Assembly (NCBI GenBank): GCA_018333525.1
Contig: JAGXTF010000059.1
Span: 17,334 to 81,333 of the forward strand
Source of the DNA: Bacteroidota bacterium
GTDB lineage: Bacteria > Bacteroidota > Bacteroidia > NS11-12g > UBA955
DNA length: 64,000 bases
Direction of reading: 5' to 3'
A program made the position numbers and the translations under genes. The notes beneath the pieces were generated by a model. It was not told where the DNA came from. It searched no databases and saw only the letters and a program-made list of their open reading frames with translations. How positions within the stretch are numbered: position 1 is the stretch's first letter; the number at the start of each line of letters is the position of its first letter. Shown here piece after piece: positions 18,597 to 28,552 of this stretch.

Positions 18597-21500
18597 TTGA
18601 AAATTCCAGGAATTGTTCTTCTTTTTTTAATCGCTGGTCAAACCTCCGGGGTTTTTGCATCTCACATTTTCGGGGCGGATATTACGTACAAAAGTTTGGG
18701 TGGTTCAAAATATCGAATTTCTGCAAATTTATATAGGGATTGCAGACAACAGGGAATTTCCACTCCTCAAAGTGGGGTTTTCGCAGGAACCAACGGGGGC
18801 AATGGATGTGGCACATATAATATCAACTTTACAAGAACTTCAATTACCGAGGTTAGCACCATATGCAAAGGTGGAAAACCGATGTGCAGTTTTCCAAACG
18901 CAGTGGTAACAACCGGTTATGGAATTGAAAGGCAACTCTATGAAGCTGATGTAGATTTCAGCGCTACCCCATTGAGCAATTTTGCAAACAAAAGCTCTTG
19001 TTGCGAGGTAACCTTTTATATTGGAGATTGTTGCAGAATCGGCGCTATTACAACCGGTGCTTCGGGTGATTTATATGCCACATGCACAATACAAATATGT
19101 AATTTAAAAAAATGTACTGACACCATAACAAATGGTCCTGCAGCCAGTAGGGTCCCTCCGACTTATTTTTGTTGTAACCAAAGCGCATATTTTAATAATG
19201 GCTTTATGGATACATTTGAAAATGATAGTATATCATACAAGTTGACGCAAGCTTTAAATGGCTTACCACAATCCAGTGTTATTTATTCAACTCCATATTC
19301 CAATAAATATCCAATTACTCCATATTGCATTCCTTCCTCAACAATAAAGTGTGCACCCCAGCCTTATATACCTTTTCCGCGAGGTTTATTTTTTGATACA
19401 GCGAATGGTGATTTTATTTTCGTACCAACCAATTGCACTGAAGTTGGTGTAGTAAATTTTGAAGCAAATGAATGGCGCAAGGATACATCGGGTAAATATT
19501 TGTGGATAGGAAAAGTACACAGGGATATTGTCATCCGGATTTCCAATTCCTGTGGTAATAACAATACCGTCCGGCTCGACTCTACTTATGAATATGATTT
19601 TTGCGCGGGAGATTTGTTAAAAATTCGTTTGAACTTAGTTGATGAAGCATTTGCTCCGTACCAATCAGGCCCTGATTCGATATTCCTTTCGTGGAATAGG
19701 GGAATCCCCAAAGGTAAATTTGAAATTGAATATGATAAAGCTCAAGGTAAAAAACATGCTGTTTTTACTTGGCAAACGAAGTTACAGGACACTTCAGATT
19801 ATAAATATCATTTTGTATTCTCAACTACCGATAGCGTATGTGACCATCCCACAGTTACGCATAGAGCTGTGAATATTTACCTGAAAAAACCAGACAATCT
19901 TGAGATAAATACCACTTATATCAATTGCAACAAAACAAAGCTATCGGCAACATTATCCAAGTCTGTTAATGGCAATAGCATTTATACCTGGATAGTTGTG
20001 GATAGTTTCACCGGAAACATTGTTTTTAAAGGTACTGGAACAAGTACTACCACAGGTATTTTAAGTAAAGGCACATACAAGGCATCATTATTTTGCACGA
20101 ATAAAACTTATTGTTACCAGGAAATTTATACCTTCTTTCACATTGACTCCGTAGCTCCAACCTTATCTCTGCCAAATGATACCAATATTTGTTATGGGAA
20201 AAATGTAAGTATCCTAGGTAATACCGCGAATTTTTATAGTCCAGTACATTACCATTGGACTGTAAATTCCGCTACGAATTCAAAAGACACTCTCAAAATC
20301 CTTATTTTATCAAATATTATTTCAAATCAGGCTGTTTCACTTATGGTATCTGATGCGCGTGGATGTATACTCCGAGATGATTACAATGTCAATTTGTTCC
20401 CGGCTTCTCGTGCTAAATGGTCTAAAATCCCTTTGGATTCTATATGTAGAAATACTCCGGTTTTTTCACTTTCTGAATTCGTAGATTCCCCTGCAGATTC
20501 TCTGCGAAGAACAGGTAAATTCATCATTCAAAGCAGTTCCCTGACTTATGGCAAATTTGGTATTGTTGATAGTATCGGTGCGAATAAATTCGTCCTGAAT
20601 CCCGGAAAACTAACGAATGATTCTGACTTCAATTCCGCTAAAACACATACTGAAATATTAAGCCTATTGTGGAAGGATAGTTTTGGTTGTTCCAGTAAAT
20701 CCGACAATTTCATAAAAATTCTAAAAAGCCCTGAACTTAAAATAATAAATAAGGATATTTGTCAAAATCGGGGAGGAGAATTCAATCTGGATTCCTTAAT
20801 AATCAAACCAGATTGGTGGGGAGATAAATCCAAATACTGGTCTGTCCTGTCAGCACCTTCCGGCATCCCATTTAGTGATGTAATAAAAGAAAGAGATTTC
20901 AATGGAATTCACCAATATTGGTTTCAACTTGGTTCGAAAGGATTAAATAAATTTGCAGGAAAATATGCCCTTGGATTAACGGTTATAGATAAAGACAATG
21001 ATTGTGCAGTAACGGATAATGCCATAATCAACTTAAAACCACAACCAGAATTAACTACCAATAATATTTCAGGACAATGTGTGAATTTAAGTTATGCTAA
21101 TTTGCTCCAATTGTTTGATAGTAACGGGCAACCGGCCGACTCTGCCAGCAGCAGCTTTAACATTTATTCCTATAATGGAATTACAGATTCATCACTTTGG
21201 AAAAATATTCATTTAAAAAACGGATATTTATTTCCCTATTCCAGTAATTATGGTAATTACCAAATCCAAATCAAAAATTGGTCTACCAGCTGCATAAATA
21301 CAAGTTTGAATACCCTTCAGATTTATGCCACTCCCAAAGTAAATTTCACCACAAGCCCTGCTGACAGCGCTCCGGAAAATTTGCCCTATTTCACTGTTAG
21401 CAATAAAACGAGCATCGCTTCCTCAGACAATTTGAGTTATGTCTGGTATTACAGATATCCTAATCCGGTCTATAAAAGCACCGCGGATGCACCCACAATT

Positions 21501-21842
21501 ACTTACCCGAATTCATACGGCATTTACACTGTTTTGATGATTGCCACCAGTTCCAAAGGCTGTAAAGATTCTGCTATGCGTATTTTACAGGTCGGTAAAA
21601 AAACAAATTCCATTCAGGACGACATACCGGAACATACCTGGTTCGATGGAAATTTTGTTCTCCATGGAATGGAATATGAAAAACTGGAAACCATGGTATT
21701 TAATGCAGCAGGTGCCAGAGTGTTTTCCGGTCTGAACAACCAACCATTCAACCCAGTTTCCGGAATTTATTTTTACCAGATACAGGCAACTGATATGAAG
21801 GGCAAAGTGCGCATCTATAAAGGGAAATTGTTAGTTCCTTAA
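18597..21842 (+). CDS. large secreted cell-surface protein, paralog 2 (T9SS cargo)
   Basis: TTG start with signal peptide KIPGIVLLFLIAGQTSGVFA. SHIFGADITYKSLGG..RDCR..GTNGGNGCG..CCEVTFYIGDCCR..CNLKKC. C-terminal CTD ...SGIYFYQIQATDMKGKVRIYKGKLLVP. About 70% identity to paralog 3 over the aligned stretches inspected by eye. Confidence 0.7.
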   Translation: MKIPGIVLLFLIAGQTSGVFASHIFGADITYKSLGGSKYRISANLYRDCRQQGISTPQSGVFAGTNGGNGCGTYNINFTRTSITEVSTICKGGKPMCSFPNAVVTTGYGIERQLYEADVDFSATPLSNFANKSSCCEVTFYIGDCCRIGAITTGASGDLYATCTIQICNLKKCTDTITNGPAASRVPPTYFCCNQSAYFNNGFMDTFENDSISYKLTQALNGLPQSSVIYSTPYSNKYPITPYCIPSSTIKCAPQPYIPFPRGLFFDTANGDFIFVPTNCTEVGVVNFEANEWRKDTSGKYLWIGKVHRDIVIRISNSCGNNNTVRLDSTYEYDFCAGDLLKIRLNLVDEAFAPYQSGPDSIFLSWNRGIPKGKFEIEYDKAQGKKHAVFTWQTKLQDTSDYKYHFVFSTTDSVCDHPTVTHRAVNIYLKKPDNLEINTTYINCNKTKLSATLSKSVNGNSIYTWIVVDSFTGNIVFKGTGTSTTTGILSKGTYKASLFCTNKTYCYQEIYTFFHIDSVAPTLSLPNDTNICYGKNVSILGNTANFYSPVHYHWTVNSATNSKDTLKILILSNIISNQAVSLMVSDARGCILRDDYNVNLFPASRAKWSKIPLDSICRNTPVFSLSEFVDSPADSLRRTGKFIIQSSSLTYGKFGIVDSIGANKFVLNPGKLTNDSDFNSAKTHTEILSLLWKDSFGCSSKSDNFIKILKSPELKIINKDICQNRGGEFNLDSLIIKPDWWGDKSKYWSVLSAPSGIPFSDVIKERDFNGIHQYWFQLGSKGLNKFAGKYALGLTVIDKDNDCAVTDNAIINLKPQPELTTNNISGQCVNLSYANLLQLFDSNGQPADSASSSFNIYSYNGITDSSLWKNIHLKNGYLFPYSSNYGNYQIQIKNWSTSCINTSLNTLQIYATPKVNFTTSPADSAPENLPYFTVSNKTSIASSDNLSYVWYYRYPNPVYKSTADAPTITYPNSYGIYTVLMIATSSKGCKDSAMRILQVGKKTNSIQDDIPEHTWFDGNFVLHGMEYEKLETMVFNAAGARVFSGLNNQPFNPVSGIYFYQIQATDMKGKVRIYKGKLLVP

Positions 21843-21900
21843 TTGATGGCTTTATTCTCCGAATTATTTTGTATGTTTGACTGAACTTCAAATTATTGTT

Positions 21901-24900
21901 ATGCATATATTTAAATATTTAGGATGGATTGTATTGTTTTTTTGCTTTGACAAATCCCAGGCCTCCCATATGTTTGGTGCAGATGTTACCTACAAAAGTT
22001 TAGGCGGTACCAAATATAAAATTATCATGAATGTGTACAGGGATTGCCGGGGAATATCTTTTAGCGGCCCCAGTGCAGGAGTATTTGGGGGAACAAATGG
22101 AGGAAATGGCTGTGGAAACTATAATTTATTTCCATCTAGGATTGCGATATATGATGTATCTTCTGTTTGCCAAGGTGGTTCCAAGTTGTGCAATCCGCAG
22201 AATACATATGGGACAGGTGATGGTATAGAACTTCATGTTTATACTGTGGATGTAGATTTCAGCACTACACCTTTAAATAATTTTGTTAATAAAAGTTCCT
22301 GTTGTGAGGTGACATTTTACATTGGGCAGTGCTGCAGAACAGGAGCAGTTACCACAGGAAGTGCAGGCAATGATTTTTATGCTACCTGCACCATTAATAT
22401 TTGCAATTTATCCAAATGCTCCAGCACGGTTTCATCTGGTCCGGCACCCAGCCTGGCGCCTCCCAATTATTTTTGCTGTAACCAATCTTCGTATTATAAT
22501 AATGGTTTTATGGATAGTATTGATGGTGATTCTATTTCCTATAAATTAATTCCCGCTTTCGCTTCTCTGCCACAAAATTCTGTATCCTATTCCAGTCCTT
22601 TTTCATATCAATATCCGGTTACCTGCTATTGTGTTCCACCCACTACCATTAAATGTTCACCTAATCCATATGCAATGCCGCCAAGGGGAACATTTTTTGA
22701 TACCACAAATGGTGACTTTATTTACACTCCGACAAAATGCGATGAAGTAGCTACAATAAATTTTGAAGCCAAAGAATGGCGCAAGGATACAAGCGGAAAA
22801 TATATATGGATTGGAAAAGTGCGCAGAGATGTTTTGTTCCGGGTTTCCGATGCCTGCGGATATAATAAAACAGTTAGAGTTGACAGCATCTATGAATATC
22901 GCTTTTGTGCGGGTGAGGATGTAAAAATCAGGCTAAACTTAAAAGATCAGGCTTTTACCCCATATCAAACCAAACCGGATTCCATTTATATCACCTGGAA
23001 TAATGCAATACCCGGTGCAAATTTTAAAATAGAATACGATACTGCGGCAGGTGTAAAACATGCCATTTTTAGCTGGAAAACAAAACCAACAGATGCCAGA
23101 GATTATAAATACCATTTTGTATTCAGTACTACAGATAGTGTATGTACCAATCCCACTATCACACACAGGTCGGTGAATATTTATTTAAAATCAAAAGATA
23201 CTCCGGATTTTTCCAGCTCAATTGTAAACTGTAATACATTAAAACTTACGGCAGTTATTGGTAAAAAAGTAACAGGAACTACTACCTATAACTGGGTCGT
23301 AGAAGATAGTTCCGATGGTTCGGTTTTATTTACCGGAAGCGGAAATAATATTACAACCGGGATTTTAAAAACCGCCACATTACGCATCCGTTTAAATTGC
23401 AACAATCCCTATTTCTGTATGCCTGAAATTGTAAAATACCAACATTTTATAAATGCATCACCTTCAGTTCAATTGCCTGCAGATACTGCAGTTTGTTTTA
23501 ATGGGGATGCATATTCTTATGCTAAAATTTCAGGATTGCAAAGTAATGTTACATTCAAGTGGTGGCTCAATTCTGCGCTCCTTCCGGACACATTACAGAC
23601 TATTACCCTGAAACAAAATCAAAGCGACAAAATGCTGGAAGTGCAGGTGACAGACCAACGTGGATGTAGTTCCCGGGACACACAAATTATTAAACAACTT
23701 CCTGACCCACACGTAATATGGACTAAATCCCTGTATCAGGTATGTCACGACAGTTTAAATGTATTGTTGAATAAACTGGTGAATATTGGAGATTCTACTA
23801 CAACCAATATTTATTGTCAGGACTCCAAATACATGAGTTATTCCGGAGGTAATTATTATTTTTCACCCAATAAAAGCGACAATATTTTTCTGCAAAGTGC
23901 ATCCGTAGAATTTAAAATTTATGCTGCATTTACTTCCAAATGGCACCAATGTTTTAGCCGGGATAGCAGCGTCATCCGAATAAATGGAAATCCCATTGTA
24001 GAAATTTCTGATGGATCATTTTGCCAGGATATAGGAACTTATGTGTTGGATTCATTTATTATAAAACCTAAAATTACATTTGGAATCACACGCACTTGGA
24101 AAGCTATTTCTGCTCCAACAGGAGTGAATAAAGCCGGTTTGATATATTCCAGCGGAGGAAAATTGCTTTTTGGTTTTGGTTCCAAAACACAAACCACTTA
24201 TGGTGGAAACTACCAGTTTGAATATTTGGTAAAAAACAATACTACAGGATGTATGGGGCGCGATACCAATAAAGTTACGATAACCAACGAAGCGTTATTT
24301 CAGAAAACCAGAAGTGTGCTATGTGAAGATGCCGGTGCATATAGTTTGAATAATAGCGGATTACTGGATAACAATAATATTGATGTACCACCTTCCAGCA
24401 GTTATCAGATTGTAGCATTCAACAACAGTAAAACAGATCCGAAAGTAACCGGAACAACTTTAACCGGGGGATATATTTTTCCGACTTCATCAGCCGGTTT
24501 GGGATACTGGACATTCAAAATAAATGCAGCGCCATATGGCTGCCCTATGAGTGACACTTTTTCTTTCTCCGTTTCACCCGCTCCGGTAGCATCGTTTACT
24601 TCCAATCCCAAAGATTCCACACCAATTTCCAAACCTGATTTTGTACTGAGCAATACCAGTACCATCAGTGCAGGTTATTTGAGTTATTTCTGGAATTTCG
24701 GTACTGGAAATACTGCGGACACGTCCATACAGGCAAGCCCAACCATTAACTATCCGGCTAAAAATGCGGAATATTTTGTGACGTTGGTTGCAACCTCGGA
24801 TAAAAAATGCAGAGATACATCTGTAATGCGTTTGCAGGTCGGCTCTTTTATCAATGGGATGTCGAATACCGACCTTCCAAAAATCTGGATGAACAATCAG

Positions 24901-25092
24901 TTTCAGGTGCAAGGAATTTCATTCAGAAAACTGGAAACCGGAATTTTTGATGCGAGCGGGAAACAGGTTGCAACATTAGTAAACAACGGAACTATTACAT
25001 TGCCGGCCGGAATTTATTATTACCGTGTTTTCGTGGAATTTGAAAATGGGAACACGGCCATGTACAAGGGAATAATTCACCATCAGGAATAA
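21901..25092 (+). CDS. large secreted cell-surface protein, paralog 3 (T9SS cargo)
   Basis: ATG at 21901 (MHIFKYLGWIVLFFCF...). Same N-terminal Cys-rich domain, with long blocks nearly identical to paralog 2 (EWRKDTSGKY.WIGKV.RD...YKYHFVFSTTDSVC). T9SS CTD at the C-terminus. Confidence 0.7.
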   Translation: MHIFKYLGWIVLFFCFDKSQASHMFGADVTYKSLGGTKYKIIMNVYRDCRGISFSGPSAGVFGGTNGGNGCGNYNLFPSRIAIYDVSSVCQGGSKLCNPQNTYGTGDGIELHVYTVDVDFSTTPLNNFVNKSSCCEVTFYIGQCCRTGAVTTGSAGNDFYATCTINICNLSKCSSTVSSGPAPSLAPPNYFCCNQSSYYNNGFMDSIDGDSISYKLIPAFASLPQNSVSYSSPFSYQYPVTCYCVPPTTIKCSPNPYAMPPRGTFFDTTNGDFIYTPTKCDEVATINFEAKEWRKDTSGKYIWIGKVRRDVLFRVSDACGYNKTVRVDSIYEYRFCAGEDVKIRLNLKDQAFTPYQTKPDSIYITWNNAIPGANFKIEYDTAAGVKHAIFSWKTKPTDARDYKYHFVFSTTDSVCTNPTITHRSVNIYLKSKDTPDFSSSIVNCNTLKLTAVIGKKVTGTTTYNWVVEDSSDGSVLFTGSGNNITTGILKTATLRIRLNCNNPYFCMPEIVKYQHFINASPSVQLPADTAVCFNGDAYSYAKISGLQSNVTFKWWLNSALLPDTLQTITLKQNQSDKMLEVQVTDQRGCSSRDTQIIKQLPDPHVIWTKSLYQVCHDSLNVLLNKLVNIGDSTTTNIYCQDSKYMSYSGGNYYFSPNKSDNIFLQSASVEFKIYAAFTSKWHQCFSRDSSVIRINGNPIVEISDGSFCQDIGTYVLDSFIIKPKITFGITRTWKAISAPTGVNKAGLIYSSGGKLLFGFGSKTQTTYGGNYQFEYLVKNNTTGCMGRDTNKVTITNEALFQKTRSVLCEDAGAYSLNNSGLLDNNNIDVPPSSSYQIVAFNNSKTDPKVTGTTLTGGYIFPTSSAGLGYWTFKINAAPYGCPMSDTFSFSVSPAPVASFTSNPKDSTPISKPDFVLSNTSTISAGYLSYFWNFGTGNTADTSIQASPTINYPAKNAEYFVTLVATSDKKCRDTSVMRLQVGSFINGMSNTDLPKIWMNNQFQVQGISFRKLETGIFDASGKQVATLVNNGTITLPAGIYYYRVFVEFENGNTAMYKGIIHHQE

Positions 25093-25293
25093 AACCTTAA
25101 GTGAAATTGGATAAACTATTGCGAAATAGAACCTCAAACAAAGAGTCTTAATTGGAACATTTAAATTTCCGGCCGATAAATTCATTAGGGTTTTTTATGG
25201 ATTCGATTTATCTTTGAGTATGTCATTTCCGGAGCTTACAACTTCAGGCAACACTTTATATTTGAACTACGTCCTTCATTCTAACTCCTCTCT

Positions 25294-28200
25294 ATGCGAT
25301 TAAAACTACCATTCCTGTTTTTTTTATTTTTCGTTCTCTTTAACTCAGCTTCACTAAAAGGCAGCAATGCATCCGGCGGATATTGGGAATACAGTTATCT
25401 AGGCAACAACAAATACTTGTTGAATTTTGGTGTTTTACGCGATTGCAGGGGAATTCCACTTTCCGGAATTTCGTTTGGTTTTTATGCAGGAACGAATTAT
25501 GGAAATGGATGCAAGCAAGACACAATACAGGGTTTTGTTCTCACTTCCATGAAAACGGTTACCAGGTACTGCAGCAGTATATCTGACCCATGTTATCCGC
25601 ATAATTCAAATAGTACAGGAAGTGGAATTGAATTGCTAATCTATTCCAGAGTTGTAGATCTAAACAGCTCCAAATTCTCATCTTACGTGGGGAGTAGTGC
25701 TTGCGGAGATATAACTTTTTATGCCAATAAGTGTTGCCGAAGTGGTGCAATTACCACCGGGCATGATGGTGAGGATTTTTATGTGGTTACCACCTTGCAC
25801 ACTGAAAATTTATCCAAATGCATCAATCAAAATAATAATTCAGGAAAATGGTTAAATCATTTTCCTGCAATCATTTGTTGTGCCACTCCCGTATTTCACA
25901 ATTTTGGGTTTACCGACAGCACAGACCGTGATTCTATTTCTTATAGCATGGCGCCGGCTCAAAGAGGGATACCGATAAATAGTGTGAGTTATACCAGTCC
26001 ATTTAAATATCAAACACCAATTACGGTTTATTGTCCGGGAAGCGGCGGATTGGGTTGTACTCCAAACATCACTGCAGATCCACCCAGAGGAATGTATCTC
26101 AATGATAAAACCGGGGATATAGTTTTTACTCCGGTCAATTGTACAGACGTCGCAACAATTGCAGTTCAGGCAACTGAATGGCGCAAAGACAAAAATAACA
26201 AATGGGTGAAGATCGCTTCCATTTTATATGAAACGATGGTGATTATTAAAGACAATTGCGACTATAATAAAATTCCAAAAATTACCGGAACTACGAGTTC
26301 AAAAATTTGCGCGGGTGATAAAATATGTTTAACCATTGATGTTACAGATGATAAATTTACACCATACCAATCTGTAGCAGATACTGTTCATACTTCCTGG
26401 ATTTTACCTATACCCAATGCTACTATTACCGTACAATCCGATACATTTCCCAATAAAGAAAAACTGGAATTTTGCTGGCAAACCACCTCGGCTGACACAC
26501 AGGATTTTGCTTATCAATTTGAAATCATAGCGCATGATGGAAGTTGTAATGTTTCCAGAGAAAGCAGCCGTGCATTTACCATTCAGGTACAAAAAAAGGA
26601 TGAAGCAAAAATATCCGTATCCCCTGTTCAGCCGTGTAACAACATAACCTTGCAGGCCTCTACTTTGCGCTACAAAGAATCCACACCAACATTTGAATGG
26701 ATAGTAACAGATTCTTTAACAGGTAAAAAAATATTCGGTGGAAATAAATCCACGGAATTTATTTCTTATTTACAAAAAGGGGGGTATAAAATTACACTGC
26801 GCACTACAAGCGTAAAATTCTGTTATCCCGATGTAGTACAATATATTTCAATCAGGGATTCTTTGCCCACAGTGACTTTGCAAAGAGGAATACAGGTTTG
26901 TACCCAACAGAAATTTAATATCCTTGCAGTAACAAGCAATGCGAAAAATCCGATCACATATACATGGACTTTCCCCGGAGGAATTGACTCCACCGGCTTC
27001 AAAGACAATTACAATTTAATTTATTCCGATACTTCCACTATAAGAATTCAGGCAACAGACAGTAATGGATGTATCATGAAAGATACTGCTGCGGTAATTG
27101 TTTGGGAATTGCCAAAAATAGCATGGATTTCGGATCCATTAAATACCAGATGCCATGATTATGGAGATTTCAATCTGGATCCATTGCTTATAGAACCGTT
27201 CTCAGGATTGCGTACCAATTCAAATTTCCGAATTTATGGTTCCCTAACCAAATTTGGAGCCTATGGTTTGGTGGATTCCATAAAACCCGATGAACACTAT
27301 TTCCGCACTACTAAAATCAACAATGCCCTTGAATTAAGCTCAGGTAAAAGTGTTACGGAAACAATAACAGCCTGGTTCAGAGATACCAATGGTTGTGAGA
27401 ATTCAGCAACAACAAAACAAAAAATAAATGGGAATCCAATTATTGAACTGACAGATAAAACTTTTTGTCAGAATATGCTTGGAGAAATTACTGCAGATTC
27501 ATTTGTCATTAAACCTAAAATCAAATTTGGCGCCCAATACACATGGACTGCTGTTACTTGTCCATCAGGGGTAAATTTAAAGGATGTGTTCACCAATCCA
27601 TCTTTGAATGAATATTACTTTCAGGGTGGTTCTAAAGGGGTAAATACTTTTGCCGGAGAGTATATTCTGCGTTTAAAAATCGTAGATTTATTAACCGGTT
27701 GTACAGATAGTGAATCCAATAAAGTAACGCTGCTCTCAGAGCCGGTAATGGATACTTTTTCGCATAAAGGAGTGTGTGTAAATGGCAGCGCAGTAGATTT
27801 AACCAAATTATTTAAATCCAATGGAAATCCTGTTACAGTTGGAGAAAGTAATTTCAGAATTACTGCATTTAACGGTGACACCAATAGCACCTTTTACAAA
27901 AATATTGTTTTGAAAAATGGTTATATTTTCCCTACCAATGTACCCTGGGGAAAATATACGGTTTTGTGCACCAACCGCAGCACAGGTTGCGATGCTTCAA
28001 CACTGAATTATATTCTTATCCGACCGCTGCCACAAGCAGAATTCACGACCAATCCGAAAGATACGGCTCCAAAAAATCTCCCTTATTTTGTAACAAAAAA
28101 CACCACAAAAATTGCTTCAGGTGAAAACATGACTTTTGAATGGTATACCAAATTCCCTTCGCTTTCTGATAAATCCACAGCATTTGAACCTGTAATCACC

Positions 28201-28539
28201 TATCCTCTTACGGATTCCGGTTATCTGGTGAGAATGATTGCACTAACCGCCAGCGGTTGCAGGGATACCTTTGATAAAGTACTTATTGTAGGTACTGGAA
28301 AATACATTTTCGTCCGTTCCATTGAAGGAAAAGAATTTAAAATAGATTCCAGAATAAGCGTATTATCTCCCGAGTATCGCGTTTTACAAACCGATGTATA
28401 TGATGAAAGTGGCAGATTGGTTCATTCATTTTTGAAAAATGAGGGTGTCGATTTGAAAAGTGGTATTTACTTCTATGTCATTTACTTCCAGTCTCCTGAT
28501 GGTCAGATTATGGTTTACAAATCCAAAATTTCCTTATAA
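25294..28539 (+). CDS. large secreted cell-surface protein, paralog 4 (divergent N-terminus, T9SS cargo)
   Basis: Signal peptide. Retains RDCRGIPLSG, CC..GAITTG and TEWRKDKNNKW. Its C-terminal half aligns with paralogs 2 and 3 (KINGNPIIELTD..FCQ, GNYQ/KYTV... and the NPKD...KNTTKIASG block). T9SS CTD. Confidence 0.7.
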   Translation: MRLKLPFLFFLFFVLFNSASLKGSNASGGYWEYSYLGNNKYLLNFGVLRDCRGIPLSGISFGFYAGTNYGNGCKQDTIQGFVLTSMKTVTRYCSSISDPCYPHNSNSTGSGIELLIYSRVVDLNSSKFSSYVGSSACGDITFYANKCCRSGAITTGHDGEDFYVVTTLHTENLSKCINQNNNSGKWLNHFPAIICCATPVFHNFGFTDSTDRDSISYSMAPAQRGIPINSVSYTSPFKYQTPITVYCPGSGGLGCTPNITADPPRGMYLNDKTGDIVFTPVNCTDVATIAVQATEWRKDKNNKWVKIASILYETMVIIKDNCDYNKIPKITGTTSSKICAGDKICLTIDVTDDKFTPYQSVADTVHTSWILPIPNATITVQSDTFPNKEKLEFCWQTTSADTQDFAYQFEIIAHDGSCNVSRESSRAFTIQVQKKDEAKISVSPVQPCNNITLQASTLRYKESTPTFEWIVTDSLTGKKIFGGNKSTEFISYLQKGGYKITLRTTSVKFCYPDVVQYISIRDSLPTVTLQRGIQVCTQQKFNILAVTSNAKNPITYTWTFPGGIDSTGFKDNYNLIYSDTSTIRIQATDSNGCIMKDTAAVIVWELPKIAWISDPLNTRCHDYGDFNLDPLLIEPFSGLRTNSNFRIYGSLTKFGAYGLVDSIKPDEHYFRTTKINNALELSSGKSVTETITAWFRDTNGCENSATTKQKINGNPIIELTDKTFCQNMLGEITADSFVIKPKIKFGAQYTWTAVTCPSGVNLKDVFTNPSLNEYYFQGGSKGVNTFAGEYILRLKIVDLLTGCTDSESNKVTLLSEPVMDTFSHKGVCVNGSAVDLTKLFKSNGNPVTVGESNFRITAFNGDTNSTFYKNIVLKNGYIFPTNVPWGKYTVLCTNRSTGCDASTLNYILIRPLPQAEFTTNPKDTAPKNLPYFVTKNTTKIASGENMTFEWYTKFPSLSDKSTAFEPVITYPLTDSGYLVRMIALTASGCRDTFDKVLIVGTGKYIFVRSIEGKEFKIDSRISVLSPEYRVLQTDVYDESGRLVHSFLKNEGVDLKSGIYFYVIYFQSPDGQIMVYKSKISL

Positions 28540-28552
28540 CCTTCCATTATTT

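Noticed and set aside
28460-28552. Upstream extension of the paralog-5 ORF overlapping the end of paralog 4.
   Set aside because: It overlaps the previous gene's CTD and precedes the signal peptide. The ATG at 28553 gives a canonical signal peptide.
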